A stretch of 64,000 bases of DNA. Origin: Eledone cirrhosa. Taxonomy: Eukaryota. Of this stretch, positions 43,113 through 61,501 are shown in pieces. Position numbers and translations under genes: made by a program. Where the stretch lies: positions 68,634,001-68,698,000 of the forward strand of contig OZ024743.1 of NCBI GenBank assembly GCA_964016885.1, given 5' to 3'. Under the pieces are notes generated by a model, which did not search any database, was not told where the DNA came from, and was given only the letters and a program-made list of their open reading frames with translations. Position 1 is the stretch's first letter, and each line of letters starts with the position of its first letter.

Positions 43113-43354
43113 CAAGTTTTGGGTTTTATAATGAGGCGTGTAATTTGGTCACTACTATATCTACGCCACACAATGTATTTCTTACAGTTTCTTCATCTAT
43201 CTTAAAGAACGTTATATTTGAACAAAGAAATTGCTTTAAAAACAGTATGCTGCACTAGCTTTTTTCAAAAGTCTCACATCCAAACACGGTGATCTTTCTC
43301 CATGAATTTTCTTGACATACAAAACATACATACGACACATGCATACATACATGA

Positions 43355-43710
43355 GGACTGCACCTTCGTTATCGAGTATGGTCATTGCACGATATACCAT
43401 TATTAATATTTATTAATTAATGCTTTCGTGCAATGACTGTGCGTGAAGATATTTTTTTAAAGTGAGGAAAGACTGTGCACTGAGCCAATCCTACTCTCTG
43501 AGCAACAGTAGCTATAACCCGCAAAGAAGAAAAGATCAACATCATCGGTAACTACTGAGCCGCAGGTTTTATATCGGAGTTATCCCAGTTTTCTGAGTGG
43601 TCTTTTCCTAGAAGAATGCCCTGACAAAGGCTAGGGGTCCTTCACTCCCATACATACATACATGATGATGATGGCTGCCCCCTTGTTATCGAGTATGGCC
43701 ATTGCACGAG
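43355..43710 (-). mobile_element. Diverged RTE-derived pieces
   Basis: ttatcgagtatggccattgcac and cctagaagaatgccctgacaaaggctagggg match the 6466 family. Set in (TACA)n. Confidence 0.55.
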
Positions 43711-44204
43711 AAAAATATATATATATATATACACATATATATATATATACATATACATATATATATATTAATAACAATAATAATAATAATAACAACAATA
43801 ATAATAACAACAACAACAATAATAATATACATACATACATACATACATACATACATACATACATACATACATGCATGCATACATACATACATGCATAACA
43901 CCGTAGGACAAACATGCACAACACCTTATCAGGTGATGTTCACTGTAGTTTCGGCTTTTAAACACCAGTAATCTTAATATTTATGTCAACCAATGGCCAG
44001 ACAGATAGCCTACAGGAACCGATACGACATGGGACGAAATAAAATTTACATAATACGTATTTGTATGATTGTTTATACAAGTGTTTGTGTGTGCTCGCAT
44101 GCTGGAATGTGTGTGTGTGTACGTTATCTATCTATATGATTGAATTTAAGTGTACATTTCTGGATATTATGGTGTGTATAGGAAACATATGCGATATGTA
44201 TATG

Positions 44205-44526
44205 TACACTCGGGTTCCAAATAATAGGAGGGTGAAATGAACGGGTGCTTAAATACTTATAATGGATAGAGGAAGGGCAGGGGGTGAGAAATCGGCAATT
44301 GTATAGTGTATGCCTGTAAATATACCTTGAACAATTCTACTTTTGTCATATATAATATTTTTTAATGTAAATTAAATTTTTTATTAGTTTCTCTAGCTAC
44401 GGTATCGATATGAATCACTTACAATAACATTTCGACAGCGATAGTTTAGAAAAGTTTAATAAACGTGAAGCGGGCAATTGGAAAAAATAAGCGAGGAGGT
44501 GATCGATTATTCAAGACCTGAGAGTA
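44205..44526. mobile_element. Possible Tc1/mariner-type MITE
   Basis: Imperfect TIRs tacactcgggttccaaataat / attattcaagacctgagagta with TA ends. Confidence 0.4.
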
Positions 44527-44607
44527 TATTGAAGATACGAGAATCACATTTAGGTACATAGAAGTGTCATTAATATAGACGCTTCTAATTACATCCCTTG
44601 AATATCA

Positions 44608-44754
<147 letters not shown>

Positions 44755-44774
44755 ACACACACACACACACACAT

Positions 44775-44850
<76 letters not shown>

Positions 44851-45285
44851 GTATATCTAGTAGGTTGGCGTATCTATTTATTGTGATCACACATATCTCT
44901 GCCATTCCATTATTCTTACAATATATACAGTCTCTTCTGTTTTTCCTGATCAGACTCCTAGTCTCTCTCACTCTATCATCCACACCCCGACACCAGGCAA
45001 ATCTTCCCTCTACATCCCAAGTCATAAACGGAAAAAAATAGAGTGTTTGAACCAACAATAACAAATGTTTACTTCCCTAAGGACACTTGGTACACATCTG
45101 TTGTGCTGAAACAACTTAGCTATGTTGTAAGGACATGATTAAATCAATTTTACACACACAAAAAACACACAAACACACACATACATGGAGAGATAGATCC
45201 CTACAACCATGTATGTATGTACATATGGATTTATATATGTAAGTATGTGTATGTATGTATATTTATGTATGTACATGTACGTATA

Positions 45286-45327
<42 letters not shown>

Positions 45328-45362
45328 CGTATATGAATATATATATATATATTTATATATGC

Positions 45363-45407
<45 letters not shown>

Positions 45408-45415
45408 TATATATT

Positions 45416-45489
<74 letters not shown>

Positions 45490-45517
45490 TATACATATAT
45501 ACATATATATATATATG

Positions 45518-45558
<41 letters not shown>

Positions 45559-45680
45559 GCATATATACATATATACATATATATATATATGTATATATGC
45601 ATATATATATATATATATATGCATATATATATATACATATATATATATATATGTATATATGTATATATATATATATATAT

Positions 45681-46074
<394 letters not shown>

Positions 46075-46122
46075 TATATAGAGAGAATTTACGTGAATCA
46101 AAGTTCTGTTTAAATCATTTAT

Positions 46123-46170
46123 TTGCTTACAATTGTTTCTTCCAAACCGAGGTTTGAGTCTTCGGAGCAA
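46123..46170 (-). ncRNA. Minimal hammerhead variant with U4C core
   Basis: ttgct-CCGAAGA-ct caaacc tc ggtttg gaa-GAAA-caattg-TA^agcaa. Stem I is perfect and AATAAA follows. Confidence 0.7.
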
Positions 46171-47097
46171 TTATTCAGTGATTTTTTACATACTTGACCT
46201 CCTTTTCAACACAAGAGACATAGAGAAACATATGTATATATTGACCCACATTGGTTGACATCCATCATAATAATATAGCATGGCAATTTACATACAAAGA
46301 TTACAGTCATATTAAAGGACAAAATTAAAGTTAAAATTAAAATTAGATTAAACCATTGGCAGTTTACGAAGATAAAACAAGAAGAAAGTTTGGAGTAGCC
46401 AGTGTATGCTGGTAGAACTCATTATTCTTAGTATCACTGCTCCTTATGTAGAGCTAACTTTAGCCCCATATAAACGGCTGTTATTTCTAGCAGAACGAGT
46501 ATGCGGCAGCTAGAAACTGGAAAACCATGTGCGTTAAATAGTCTTTTGAAATATTTTGAAGTGAACCATACCAATTGTTCAGGCTACTTGCTGAGGAGAG
46601 CTGAACGGGGAAATTTTTCACTTTTTCATTTCGAAACTTATTTGGATTTTGAAGTTTAAACTTATCTACGGAACAGGTTTGATTTTGAAATTTAAATTTG
46701 TCCAAGTACCACGGCCATTTGCCAATATCGTTTGTTTTATTGATTTATTATTTTAAATCGAGACAGGCAAACTTTATTATTATAATTGTATTTTTCAATC
46801 TAGCTAACTTAGTCGTTTACAATATAAACACTTATATGTTGGTATTTGTGTTTTATCATATATATTAATTTATATTAACCTGTATTACACGGCTCAGAAA
46901 TACTTCTTTCTTTGAGCTATTTCATTGTAAAGGACTGCTTGAGTTTAGAACTCATTATTCTTAGTATATATATATATTTATATATATATATTTATTAAAA
47001 TAACAGATTAAAGCTTAAGCAAAGAATTGCTGATATATATATACATGTAAGTATGTTATTCATGAACATACATTCACACATGTTAGCACACATACAC

Positions 47098-47186
<89 letters not shown>

Positions 47187-47187
47187 G

Positions 47188-47228
<41 letters not shown>

Positions 47229-47516
47229 TATACGTGGAAAAGTAAGAAATCGGAGAATAGACCGGTAAAACATGTTTATTTAAAACAGCACCTTATATAC
47301 AAAGTGAGAAAGAGTGTGTAACATGTATAAGATATGTGCCCATCACTAAACATACTAAAGATTGTAGGTTTAGACGCATAGGTGTAAATAAACATGCGGT
47401 TATCTACTCATTCATAGATATATTTACACTGATAGATTATTAAACTGTGCTCTAATATAAAACAATAAGCTGTTGAAATAAGCTATATCTGCACCAGGTA
47501 ACATCGTAAGACAGTA

Positions 47517-47627
<111 letters not shown>

Positions 47628-47663
47628 ATAGAAGAACATACGCACACATTTATATACATATGC

Positions 47664-48731
<1,068 letters not shown>

Positions 48732-48732
48732 C

Positions 48733-48809
<77 letters not shown>

Positions 48810-48948
48810 CATATAAATATATATATTACACACACACATAAATATATTATTGAATTGATGAAATTACGAATAAAAGTCCTCTCTCCGGTTGATACCTTAC
48901 CGTGAAAATCTTAAGGAATACAATTCGTAGAGTGCATTATATATATGA

Positions 48949-49062
<114 letters not shown>

Positions 49063-49548
49063 ACAGATATACATTTCTATGTACAAAGAAAAGACAAGAC
49101 AACGAACGAAAGCAAGGCCATATGAAACACAAGGTGAAGCCTCATAAAAGTATTATTGGACAGATAGCACAGCTTGAAACATACTATCCGCTTATTTTCT
49201 TGTCTTTTCTTTTCTAAATCTTTTTTTCATATTTGCTTCTTCCGAACGGATTCTCTTTGTGCTGAACACTGAGCGTTGTTCGCTGTCACTTGCTAACAGC
49301 TGGTCTAGCCTTGGGTTTTCTCATTTATCTATGAATATATATATATATATTTATATATTGAAGTTAATATGTCCAGTGATACTAGGTACCCCCAGAAATA
49401 CATAGGTTGTCTATGATTCAAGGTTGTTCAATGGTATTAATTTGATACACCAGAACTTTAATATTAAGATAAGCAGAACAAGTAAAATTCAATCAATTTT
49501 TCAAAATACATTAAAAAATATAATATAAATATTTACTTCTCCTAGTGG

Positions 49549-49627
49549 CCCTTACTGATCAGTTTCGCTTTGTAAAACCTCATAAATCCAATGGATTTAT
49601 GATGGAAAACCAAAGCTCATCAGAGAA
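49549..49627 (-). ncRNA. Hammerhead ribozyme
   Basis: Reverse complement of 50133-50211 with an intact core. Confidence 0.88.
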
Positions 49628-50132
49628 GCATTTTCCCTTCCTAGAGCTAAACGTCCCAGGAACGACAAAATATATAACCTCCTGCCAGCTAATAAAGGTC
49701 TGAAAGGTCGTAAAAGTGACCCGTATGTAAACTGGACCGAAGTAAAAGCGGGAAAATCAAAGACTTGCTGTCTACAATTACTACTAAAAAAATAGCAGCT
49801 AAATAGAGCAACAGGATTGTTCTCAACGGACGGAGAAAAAGATTGAAGTTAATATGTCCAGGGATACTAGGTACCCCCAGAAATACATAGGTTGTCTATG
49901 ATTCAAGGTTGTTCAATGGTATTAATTTGATACACCAGAACTTTAATATTAAGATAAGCAGCTGCTATTTTTTTAGTAGTAATTGTAGACAGCAAGTCTT
50001 TGATTTTCCCGCTTTAACTTCGGTCCAGTTTACATACGGGTCACTTTTACGACCTTTCAGACCTTTATTAGCTGGCAGGAGGTTATATATGTTGTCGTTC
50101 CTGGGACGTTTAGCCCTAGGAAGGGAAAATGC

Positions 50133-50211
50133 TTCTCTGATGAGCTTTGGTTTTCCATCATAAATCCATCGGATTTATGAGGTTTTACAAAGCGAAACTG
50201 ATCAGTAAGGG
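50133..50211 (+). ncRNA. Hammerhead ribozyme with extended stem II
   Basis: ttct-CTGATGA-gctttg..(tcataaatcc/ggatttatga)..caaagc-GAAA-ctgatcag-TA^aggg. ACTGATCAGT is a 10-nt palindrome. Confidence 0.9.
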
Positions 50212-50306
50212 CCACTAGGAGAGGTAAATATTTATATTATATTTTTTAATGTATTTTGAAAAATTGATTGAATTTTACTTGTTCTGCTTATCTTAATATA
50301 TATTTA

Positions 50307-50422
<116 letters not shown>

Positions 50423-50437
50423 CATATGTTTATATAC

Positions 50438-50676
50438 TATTCAAATTATTAATAAATGGAGACGTTCACAGAATCAAAATACGGTATATCTTTTATTATA
50501 TACATTTCGGAGGTACTCTGGTGTTTTTTCAGTACGCCCTCATAAGATAAAATACATATTTTATGTATTTTATCTAATGAGGACGTACTGAAAAAACAGC
50601 ACAGTACCTCCGAAATATATACAATAACACATATATTTTGATTTTGTGAACGTCTTCATTTATTAATATTTGAATA
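50438..50676. mobile_element. Fold-back element, family J; hammerheads mutated at G5
   Basis: Arms of about 120 bp. Plus strand reads ttat-CTAATGA-gga.gtactg..cagtac.tcc-GAAA. The minus copy has CTTATGA. Confidence 0.75.
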
Positions 50677-51097
50677 ATATTAATAACTCCAGAAAATTTT
50701 ATTGTTGAGTGCTTTGAATCTATTGTAATTCGGACTACTTGAAGTGGTCACAGCCAAAGATGGCTGTCACGCAAATATATATAGCAGTAATAAACGAAGC
50801 GAAATTATAAACATTTGACTTATTTATTTTATTTTATTTCATTATATATAAATAAAGAATTGCCCACTCAATTTTTCAATCAATTTACCTTTTCAATAAT
50901 GTCACTTTGGCGAATCAAAAGAGTAAAACATACCCATAAATATATTTTCCGTGCTATTTCCAACTTCACCTTTTTTCTATATCCATTGTTTTGTATAGAA
51001 TCTTTCTATTATATATATATATAAATATGTATATATCTCTATATATACACATATATATATTATATATATATATATACATGTGTGTGTGTATGTGTGA

Positions 51098-51225
51098 ATC
51101 GGTTCAATCACGGGTAACCATAGTAAGTAAGATACTCAATAAATAGAAGTGTATAAATATGTAATATAGAAATGGCTTCTACAGGGATAAAACTGTTTCA
51201 TTGGAAGGACATTATCAGGAAAGCC
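51098..51225 (-). mobile_element. Diverged family A copy (core CTGATAA)
   Basis: Aligns with 34318-34439. Confidence 0.7.
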
Positions 51226-51234
51226 GACAATTCA

Positions 51235-51900
51235 TCAAAGGATGACAATTAAATTACTGTTACAACCTTGCCACCAGGATGGTGGCCGGAGAAAAATGTA
51301 CTTGAAATTAAGAGAAAGAGAAATACATGCATGTATACATACATACATACAAACAGGCATACATACATACATACATACATACATACATACATACATACAT
51401 ACATACATACATACATACATACATACATACATACATGGTGGCTGCCAACTCGTTTTCGAGTACGGCTACTACTTTATATCCATGTAGGAGAACCCCTAAC
51501 GATGCGCTGAACGGGTGTGAATTTTTACTCCAGCCAGCGACTTGATAACTCTGGTACAAACACTACACTTGTGACAATTATTGACACATAGTGCTGGGCC
51601 CATGGTACCATGTGACGACAAGAGCAGAGAGATCTCCAGATATAAAGCAATGCCTGTGCCGTGAAGCTTTTATAATGAGCAAAGGCGCTGCACAAAGCCA
51701 GTCCCACTCTTTTAACCAAGATGATATTTACAAAAAAGAACAAGACAACATCATTGGATACCATCAGAGTTGCAGGTGTTATACAAGAGTTGTCCTTCTC
51801 CTAGAATTCTGCCTTGACAAAGACTAATGGGTCATCTCTCCCAGTGATTTAGGATGGCCATTGAATCTTAAGAGCTCCTTTGCCCTTTGGCAGGTTTTGT
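51235..51900. mobile_element. Dong-like 3' UTR, (TACA)n and RTE-derived element; duplicate of 17421-18058
   Basis: Shared flank tcaaaggatgacaatt...aaacaggcat and shared element body. Confidence 0.75.
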
Positions 51901-51913
51901 TTTTATATATACA

Positions 51914-51949
<36 letters not shown>

Positions 51950-52166
51950 CATATATGTATATATATATATACACACACACACATATATATACATATATAT
52001 ATATACATATATGTATGTACGTATATATACATACTTATATTTAAGTAACAGCCGTACTAAGAGTGAGAAATGAAATTTCGTTTCATTTTTTCCATTCATA
52101 TTTATATATATATATATATATATACATATTATGTATATATACACAACCACACACATATATACCAAT

Positions 52167-52233
<67 letters not shown>

Positions 52234-52285
52234 CATACATACATACATACATACATACGTATACATATTCATATATACATGTATA

Positions 52286-54200
<1,915 letters not shown>

Positions 54201-54674
54201 GAGTGAGTATGTGTTTTTTTGTGAATGTGTCTGTTGATTTTTGGCATATAGTTGATTAGTTTAAGAGAAGTTCGAAGATAATTGTAAGATATGCACTCAG
54301 TATTTTGAATTTGTCTACAGAATTCTCTAAACCTTTGTCACTTAGTAGAACCTTAATGATTTTAGCTTTTAAAGAATCTCCCTTTTCTTTAATTCTATCG
54401 ACCATGACTGATCCCCCACTGATCTTATAAACATCTGTTAGCTGAAGGGAAACTTAATGACAAGGAATGGTATGCCATCCGGAACCTGTTTATAGAATTC
54501 TGTCTGCCCTTGTTACTCTGAAAACATAAATAAATAAAAATAAACTATAGCTTTGTAGAATTAGCTTTTAATGAATTCCCTTTTCTATCAACCAATGACC
54601 TACACCCATCCCACTCCCCACCCTCTCCTACCACTTGTAGAGACCTATAAATACCATTTTTATTTTTTGATACC

Positions 54675-54727
54675 GAGATTCCTGATGATTTCTAATGAAT
54701 GAAACAGTTCCAGTCCTGTAGAATCTC
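54675..54727 (+). ncRNA. Hammerhead of a family A copy (element extends to 54808)
   Basis: gagattc-CTGATGA-tttctaatgaat-GAAA-cag ttccagtc ctg-TA^gaatctc, with a 7-bp stem I. Confidence 0.88.
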
Positions 54728-54805
54728 ATCTATATTAAAACTTTTATACTCTGCTATGTATTGAGTACCTTACTTACTGTGGTTACCTCCGATTCAACCC
54801 GGAAT

Positions 54806-54977
<172 letters not shown>

Positions 54978-54986
54978 TATATACAT

Positions 54987-55252
<266 letters not shown>

Positions 55253-55333
55253 GTATATATATATATGTATGTGTATATATATATATGTATATATATATAT
55301 GTATATATATATGTATATATATCTATATATGTA

Positions 55334-55436
<103 letters not shown>

Positions 55437-55475
55437 GATATTAATAAATGGAAACTATATTTATAAAACCATATT

Positions 55476-55540
55476 TATTTCATTATACATATTTCAGGGA
55501 TATCAAATTAAATTATGGCATGCCTTCATCAGACAAAATA
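55476..55540 (-). ncRNA. Hammerhead ribozyme
   Basis: Reverse complement of 56204-56268 with an intact core. Confidence 0.75.
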
Positions 55541-56203
55541 CAATATATAATAGTTTTACAAATAAGCTTTGACGTACCCTTTTAAAATGCAACCATAATT
55601 TTTGGAAGCCATCCGGATAGTGAGTTTTTTATATTATTTTAAAAAGTCATAGTGTTAAGGACAATTAGAAAAAGATCTCAAGTTTTAAACTAAACATATA
55701 GTCATTATTAAACAATGTTTAACTTCTCATATTATATATTTATGTCCCATTCATGAATATTAATATTTATATTTTTATTTTTCATTTCATATAAATTGTT
55801 AACTCAACTTAATATGACATGACGTAAAGTTTTCATTATCTCCCTCTCTCTATATATAATATTTCTCTCTCTTGAGTTTTTCTATCTGTCTGATGACTTA
55901 ATATCTCTCTGTTGCTTTCCTCTGTTTTTCTTATTTCTTCCTTTTTTCTTCTTTCTTTCTTTTCTCCTGTCTTTATTTATCTCTTTCTTTTTTTTCCATG
56001 CATTTCTCTCTCTCCGATATTTCTACGCGTTTTTTCTTTCTCTCTCTCCGTCTTTTTCTTTCTCTCCGTCTTTTTCTAATTGTCATTAACACTATGACTT
56101 ATTAAAATAATATAAACAACTCACTATACGGATGGCTTCCAAAAATAATGGTTGCATTTTAAAAGGGTACGTCAAAGCTTATTTGTAAAACTGTTATATA
56201 TTG

Positions 56204-56268
56204 TATTTTGTCTGATGAAGGCATACCATAATTTAATTTGGTATTCCTGAAATATGTATAATGAAATA
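56204..56268 (+). ncRNA. Hammerhead ribozyme
   Basis: tattttgt-CTGATGA-agg.atacca..tggtat.cct-GAAA-tatgta-TA^atgaaata. Confidence 0.8.
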
Positions 56269-56398
56269 AATATGGTTTTATAAATATAGTTTCCATTTAT
56301 TAATATCGTATATCTACTCCAAATACTTGTCGAGTGCTTTATATCAGTTATAAACATATCACTTGTTGTATCCCAACAATTTTAAATAGAACTTTTGC

Positions 56399-56435
<37 letters not shown>

Positions 56436-56776
56436 TATAAACTAACATGTAAGTATCTAAGTGTTTCGTTGGGTTTGTAGTACGGGTAATAGAGTGAAGT
56501 ATCTTAATCTAAAGTGACATCTAAAATGTTGGCCCTTGTCATATTTGATTCTATGGTTATTTTAAAACCTAGTTTACGGAAGAACGAGCATAAGCTTTTC
56601 CGAAATCCATCAGTGGTTTTGGGAGTTACCTTGTGCAAAACGAAAAGCCATCGTCGTGGTATAATCCTCTGGTCAGGCCTGTGAAAAGGTTCTTCATGTG
56701 GTATAGGCTATATTGCCTACCAGGTTGCTAACTTCTGCGGAGTCACTTTCTCCCATACTGACGTCAAGAAAATAGT

Positions 56777-56871
56777 CAGGACTCCTATTTCCTATTACCC
56801 ACTCTACTACCCCAAGTATAGAGTACTCTACTGCGTTATTGTCCAACTGGCTCCTTACCACACTTCCTTCG

Positions 56872-56874
<3 letters not shown>
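56777..56874 (+). mobile_element. Family B tail in sense orientation
   Basis: Reverse complement of 21627-21720, ending cttccttcgtta(TA)n. Confidence 0.7.
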
Positions 56875-56955
<81 letters not shown>

Positions 56956-57289
56956 TTTAGTAAATAAACATTTTACAGTATCATGAGAATAGAGAATAGA
57001 GAGAGGAAGCGTTATAGAAGAAGACGATACAGATAATTAATTGCCATAAGCCAATGCATTTGTGCACGATGCTTGTGTAGACAGGGTTAAATATTAAAAG
57101 CGTTAATATTTAGTGTGCGAATTTAAGCAGAGGAATTATAATCGAAGAAATAGATGAAAGAGAAGTAAGCGGTTAAAATATATTTATAGGATATTCCTGA
57201 ATAAAATAAAAAATAAAAAGTTCTAGGCCCTCAGAAGTAATTTTTATATGAAATAATAATATACCCATTTTTTTTTATGTTTCCCTGCG

Positions 57290-57326
<37 letters not shown>

Positions 57327-57334
57327 CTAATAAT

Positions 57335-57522
57335 AATTGTTTCTACTTTAGGCACAAGACCAGCAATTAACCAGTGTATTACTGGTACTTTATTTTATTG
57401 ACCCCGTAAGGATGAAAGGCAAAGTCAACCTCGGCGCGATTTGAACTCAGATCGTAAAGGGACGTAACTATGCTGTAAAGCATGGCGTCCGACCCTCTAC
57501 CGATACTGCCAATCCACCGCCC
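57335..57522 (-). mobile_element. SINE
   Basis: Reverse complement of the SINE consensus. Confidence 0.9.
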
Positions 57523-57566
<44 letters not shown>

Positions 57567-57621
57567 TAACATCCCTCCACCCGAAACTGAAAACCATGTT
57601 CAATGACTAATTGATGTCAGG

Positions 57622-59365
57622 TGAGCTCCCAGAGTGGTTGACAAAGGGTACCACAGTTCTGGTAATGAAAGACCGAACCAAGGGTAATGATGTTACACAC
57701 TGGTCTTGCCATGGGATGGATAGACTACAAAAAGGCATTTGATATGGTGCCTCATTCTTGGATCACCAAAAGCCTAGAGATCTTCAAGGTGGCAGATAAC
57801 ATCACACAGTTGTTGAGCAAAAGTATGAAGTCCTGGAAAACAGAGTTAACATCAGCTGGAGAATCCTTGGGAGGCGTGAAGATCGAGAGAGGTATCTACC
57901 AGGGAGATAGTTTGTCCCCTCTGTTGTTTGTCCTTGCCCTGATGCCCCTGACCATTATACTGCGAAAAGTGAGAGCAGGATACAAGTTGGGAAAGGGAGT
58001 GCTTACCATCAATCACCTCCTCTTCATGGACGATCTTAAGCTCTTCGGGAAGAGTGAGAAGGAGTTGGATGTGCTTGTTGACACTATTCGTATTTTCAGC
58101 AATGATATATGTATGCAATTTGGTATTAGTAAGTGTGGAGTCCTTGTGATGAAGAAGCGTAAATTGAGCAGAAGCAACGGAATCCAGGTACCAACAGGTG
58201 AGATGATAAAGGAAATTGACACTGAAGAAGGATACAAGTATTTGGGTGTTCTTGAGGCAGATGACATCAAGAACAAAAAAATTAAGGAATTGATAAGATC
58301 TGAATACATTCGGAGAGTAAGGAGCGTATTAAAGTCACACCTGAACAGTAGGATTGCCATAAGTGCAGTAAATTCCCGAAGCTGTGTCTATTATTAGGTA
58401 CAGTGCGGGAATTCTGAGGTGGAATGTTGCTGAAGAAAAAGAAATGGATAGGAAGACTAGGAAGCTAGCGACTATCTACAACATGTTCCACAAGAGGAGT
58501 GATGTCGATATACTCTACTTAAGGAGATCTGAAGGTGGAAGAGGTCTTATCAGCATAGAGGACTGTGTTCAGATGGAGAAAAACAACCTACACAAATACG
58601 TCACTGATAGTAAGGAGCCAATGCTCAGAATTGTACTGAAGGAGATTTGTACTAATGGCTGCTCAAGAGCAGGCCCTCAAAACGAAGTGGCTTAAACACC
58701 ATATTTACAGGATCTGTGGAGAGAGAGGAGACTGTGGCTCACATTGTATCCGAGTGTAAACACCTAGCCCAGACTCACTATAAAGGCTGGAGACATGATG
58801 TGATGGGCAGGGTGATCCACTGGCACCTATGCAAAGTAAACAATTTACCACATTCTGAGAAGTGGTATGAGCATAAGCCAGAGTCGGTGATAAAAACGAT
58901 CATGTGAAGGTGCTGTGTGACGTTAGGAGACAGGCGGACAAGAAACTGGAACACAATAGACCTGACCTGCTGGTTTTGGACAAGGGAAAAATATCGTGCC
59001 TGATTGTGGATGTGGTCTGCCCATTCGACACGAGAGTGCAAGAGAAGGAGAGGGAGAAAATTAACTGATACCAGACAAGTTGGAGGTAAAAAGGGTTTGG
59101 AACTGCCATGAAGTCAAAGTGGTCCCGATTGTAATAGGCGCACTAGGTACTATCTCAAAGAGTTTCCAGGGATGGTTAAAGAAAATTGGCTCCGTCGCGC
59201 TTTTTGGAACACTTCAAAAAGCATGCTTGTTGGGAACAGCAAGAACCCTCCGATACGCCCTGAATATCTGAGGTTGCAGGAAGTGGCTTGATATTCATGT
59301 CAACAAACTTTCCAGTTAACTGACATCAATGACTGAGACTCAAAGAACAATAATAATAATAATAA
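57622..59365 (+). mobile_element. 5'-truncated, internally deleted R4/Dong-clade LINE (RT plus RLE)
   Basis: WIDYKKAFDMVPH, QGDSLSPLLF, LFMDDLKL, ETVAHIVSEC..RHD, RPDL, PIVIGALG, LQKACLLGT. Ends in (TAA)n. Confidence 0.9.
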
Positions 59366-59366
59366 T

Positions 59367-60722
59367 GCTTTCTTTATTAACCACAAGAGTTTACACAAAG
59401 TAGACATTAAGGACAGTACAGGACAATACAGGATGGTACAAAAAAGCATTTCTGCGTTTAACACCCCCCACACACCCACACCCCCCAACAAAATTAGAGG
59501 ATATAACAAAAAATGAACGATGAAAAAAATTCCCCAATAGGGGGAGACTTCCGAAGGCGATCGTGGAGAAAGCCCATTTAATAAAGCCACGGTGTCCATG
59601 ACCACCAGGGCAAGTGCCCTCGCCCAGTTTTCCACCTTCAGTTTACAGGCATATACTCAGATTAGGCCCATTCACTTGGGCCATACTTGCTTCTCTCACC
59701 CATCTTTCAACAAAATGCTGGGAAGAGAGTACTCCCCACTCTACCCTGATTTTCCTTTTCAAATGAAATTTGAAAAAGGTAATCTGGGCATCACCGAAGA
59801 GGTACGTGCTCGTATTCAGCCCTTTCAGACGCGTCCACCATACTATCTCTTTCCCCATGGCCCCCAGACAGATAAAACTGCCTGCGCTTCCCGGCTAAAG
59901 GAAGAGGGCGGGACAATCCTCACGATGGACTGAGCTGATAGCCGGATCCGTTCTACACGCGACAGCAGGTGTTCGACATAAACCCACAAGTCAGCAATGC
60001 TCGGACACTGGACGAGTGCGTGCAAGACGGTTTCGTCGTCCTGCGCGCATCTCGGACATGCCCGGTTGACGGCACGTCCATGCCTAGAGAGTTTATCCCG
60101 AATTGGCAAAGCTCCTCGGTAGCACTGCCAGGCCAGGGATTTCTGGAAATTGTCCATAGGTCCGGCCCGAAAGTTCTACCGAAGAGATTGGCTAGTTGAT
60201 TTTCGTCGACGCCTAGAGTTTCTCCAAGTACGTTGTCGCTCTTCTCCTCCACTAATCCTCCATAGAACACCAAGGTGGAGATTCCACCGATCACATTGCC
60301 CGACTGGTCGAGGGCCGTGAGCGCCTGAAGACATTCCAGTCTCCAAGCGCTCCCTCTCCGTCTTCGCTTGACCCAGGACTGCATCTCTGCCAAGGAGACG
60401 AGCTGGGGAAAGATGTCCCTAGCAAACGGCGACCACACCTGATCACCCTCGAGGAAGAGGTGGAGATGTCGTAGCCTGAGCGCCTGTCTGCGCATCATCA
60501 ACCACGGCATGCCCTGCCCTCCACGTAGCGGGCGTAGACAACAGATCGACCGCCTGACCATCGCAGCGCGTACCTTCCACAAAAAGCGAAATGGCAAACG
60601 CTCCAGCGCAGTCAGGCGAGGCTTAGGACAAGGTGCAACTGTCAGGCGGTAGTAGATGACGGACGCGATGTACGCATTCGCCCCCTCCGCTCGACCTTTC
60701 AGGAATAGCTTCCTCTCTGCCC
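59367..60722 (-). mobile_element. L1/Tx1-type LINE 3' part
   Basis: KGRAEGAN...RFLWK, LPIRDKL..CPRC..ETVLHALVQC, and AATAAA at the 3' end. Confidence 0.85.
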
Positions 60723-60730
60723 ATAATGGT

Positions 60731-61477
60731 TTCTTTATTGGCCACAAGGGCTGACACGAATAAAAACATTAGATACGGCACAGAACAGTACAGGACGATA
60801 CAAACTTGGTTTTGGTCGTGGAAACAGGTTATAACAAAATCGGGCTAAAAATCCCCAAAATTCAAACAACAAAAATTCCCCAAGAAGGGGGAAACCTCCG
60901 AGGGACACTCGTTGTGAAAACCACACAACAGACTACGGCCACCATGACCACCAGAGCAAGCGCCCTCTCTCACTTTTACCAATCCTCAGTCTACAGGCGT
61001 ATACTCAGAGCGGGCCCGTGCACTCGGACCAGACTCGCCACTTTCACCACCTTTCAACAAACTTACTAGAAGACAGCACTTGCCTCTCCACACCGATTTC
61101 CCTCTTCTAGTGAAACTTGAAAAAGTTAATCAGGGATTGGCCGGAGAGGAAAGTGTCCGTCTTCAACCCTTTCAATCTTGTCAACCACACAATCTCTTTC
61201 GCCATGGCCACCAGGCAGATGCAAACTGCCTGCCCTTCCTCCTCTTTAAAGGAGGGTGGCGGGGCTATCTGCACAATGGACTCAGTCGATAACCGGATCG
61301 GTCCTACACGCGACAGCAGTTGTTAGACATAGTTCCACAAGTCAGCAATCCTCGGACACTGAACGAGTGCATGCAGCAAGGTTTCGTCACCCTGTGCGCA
61401 TCTCGGACAGGCTCGGCTGACAGCATCTCCGTGCCTGTAGAGCTTATCCCGAACCGGCAACGCTCCCCGGTAGCACC
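60731..61477 (-). mobile_element. Another L1/Tx1-type 3' fragment
   Basis: Parallels 59367-60125 and 8767-9500 with the same 3' end (tttatt..ccacaag on the plus strand). Confidence 0.8.
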
Positions 61478-61501
61478 TTCAACGTAGAGCCATGGAACAT
61501 T

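Larger units (their letters stand above)
49357..50299 (-). mobile_element. PLE-type tandem plus inverted terminal-repeat structure, non-coding (family I)
   Basis: Direct repeat 49357-49476 / 49842-49961 and inverted arms at about 49461-49800 / 49960-50299. Confidence 0.88.
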
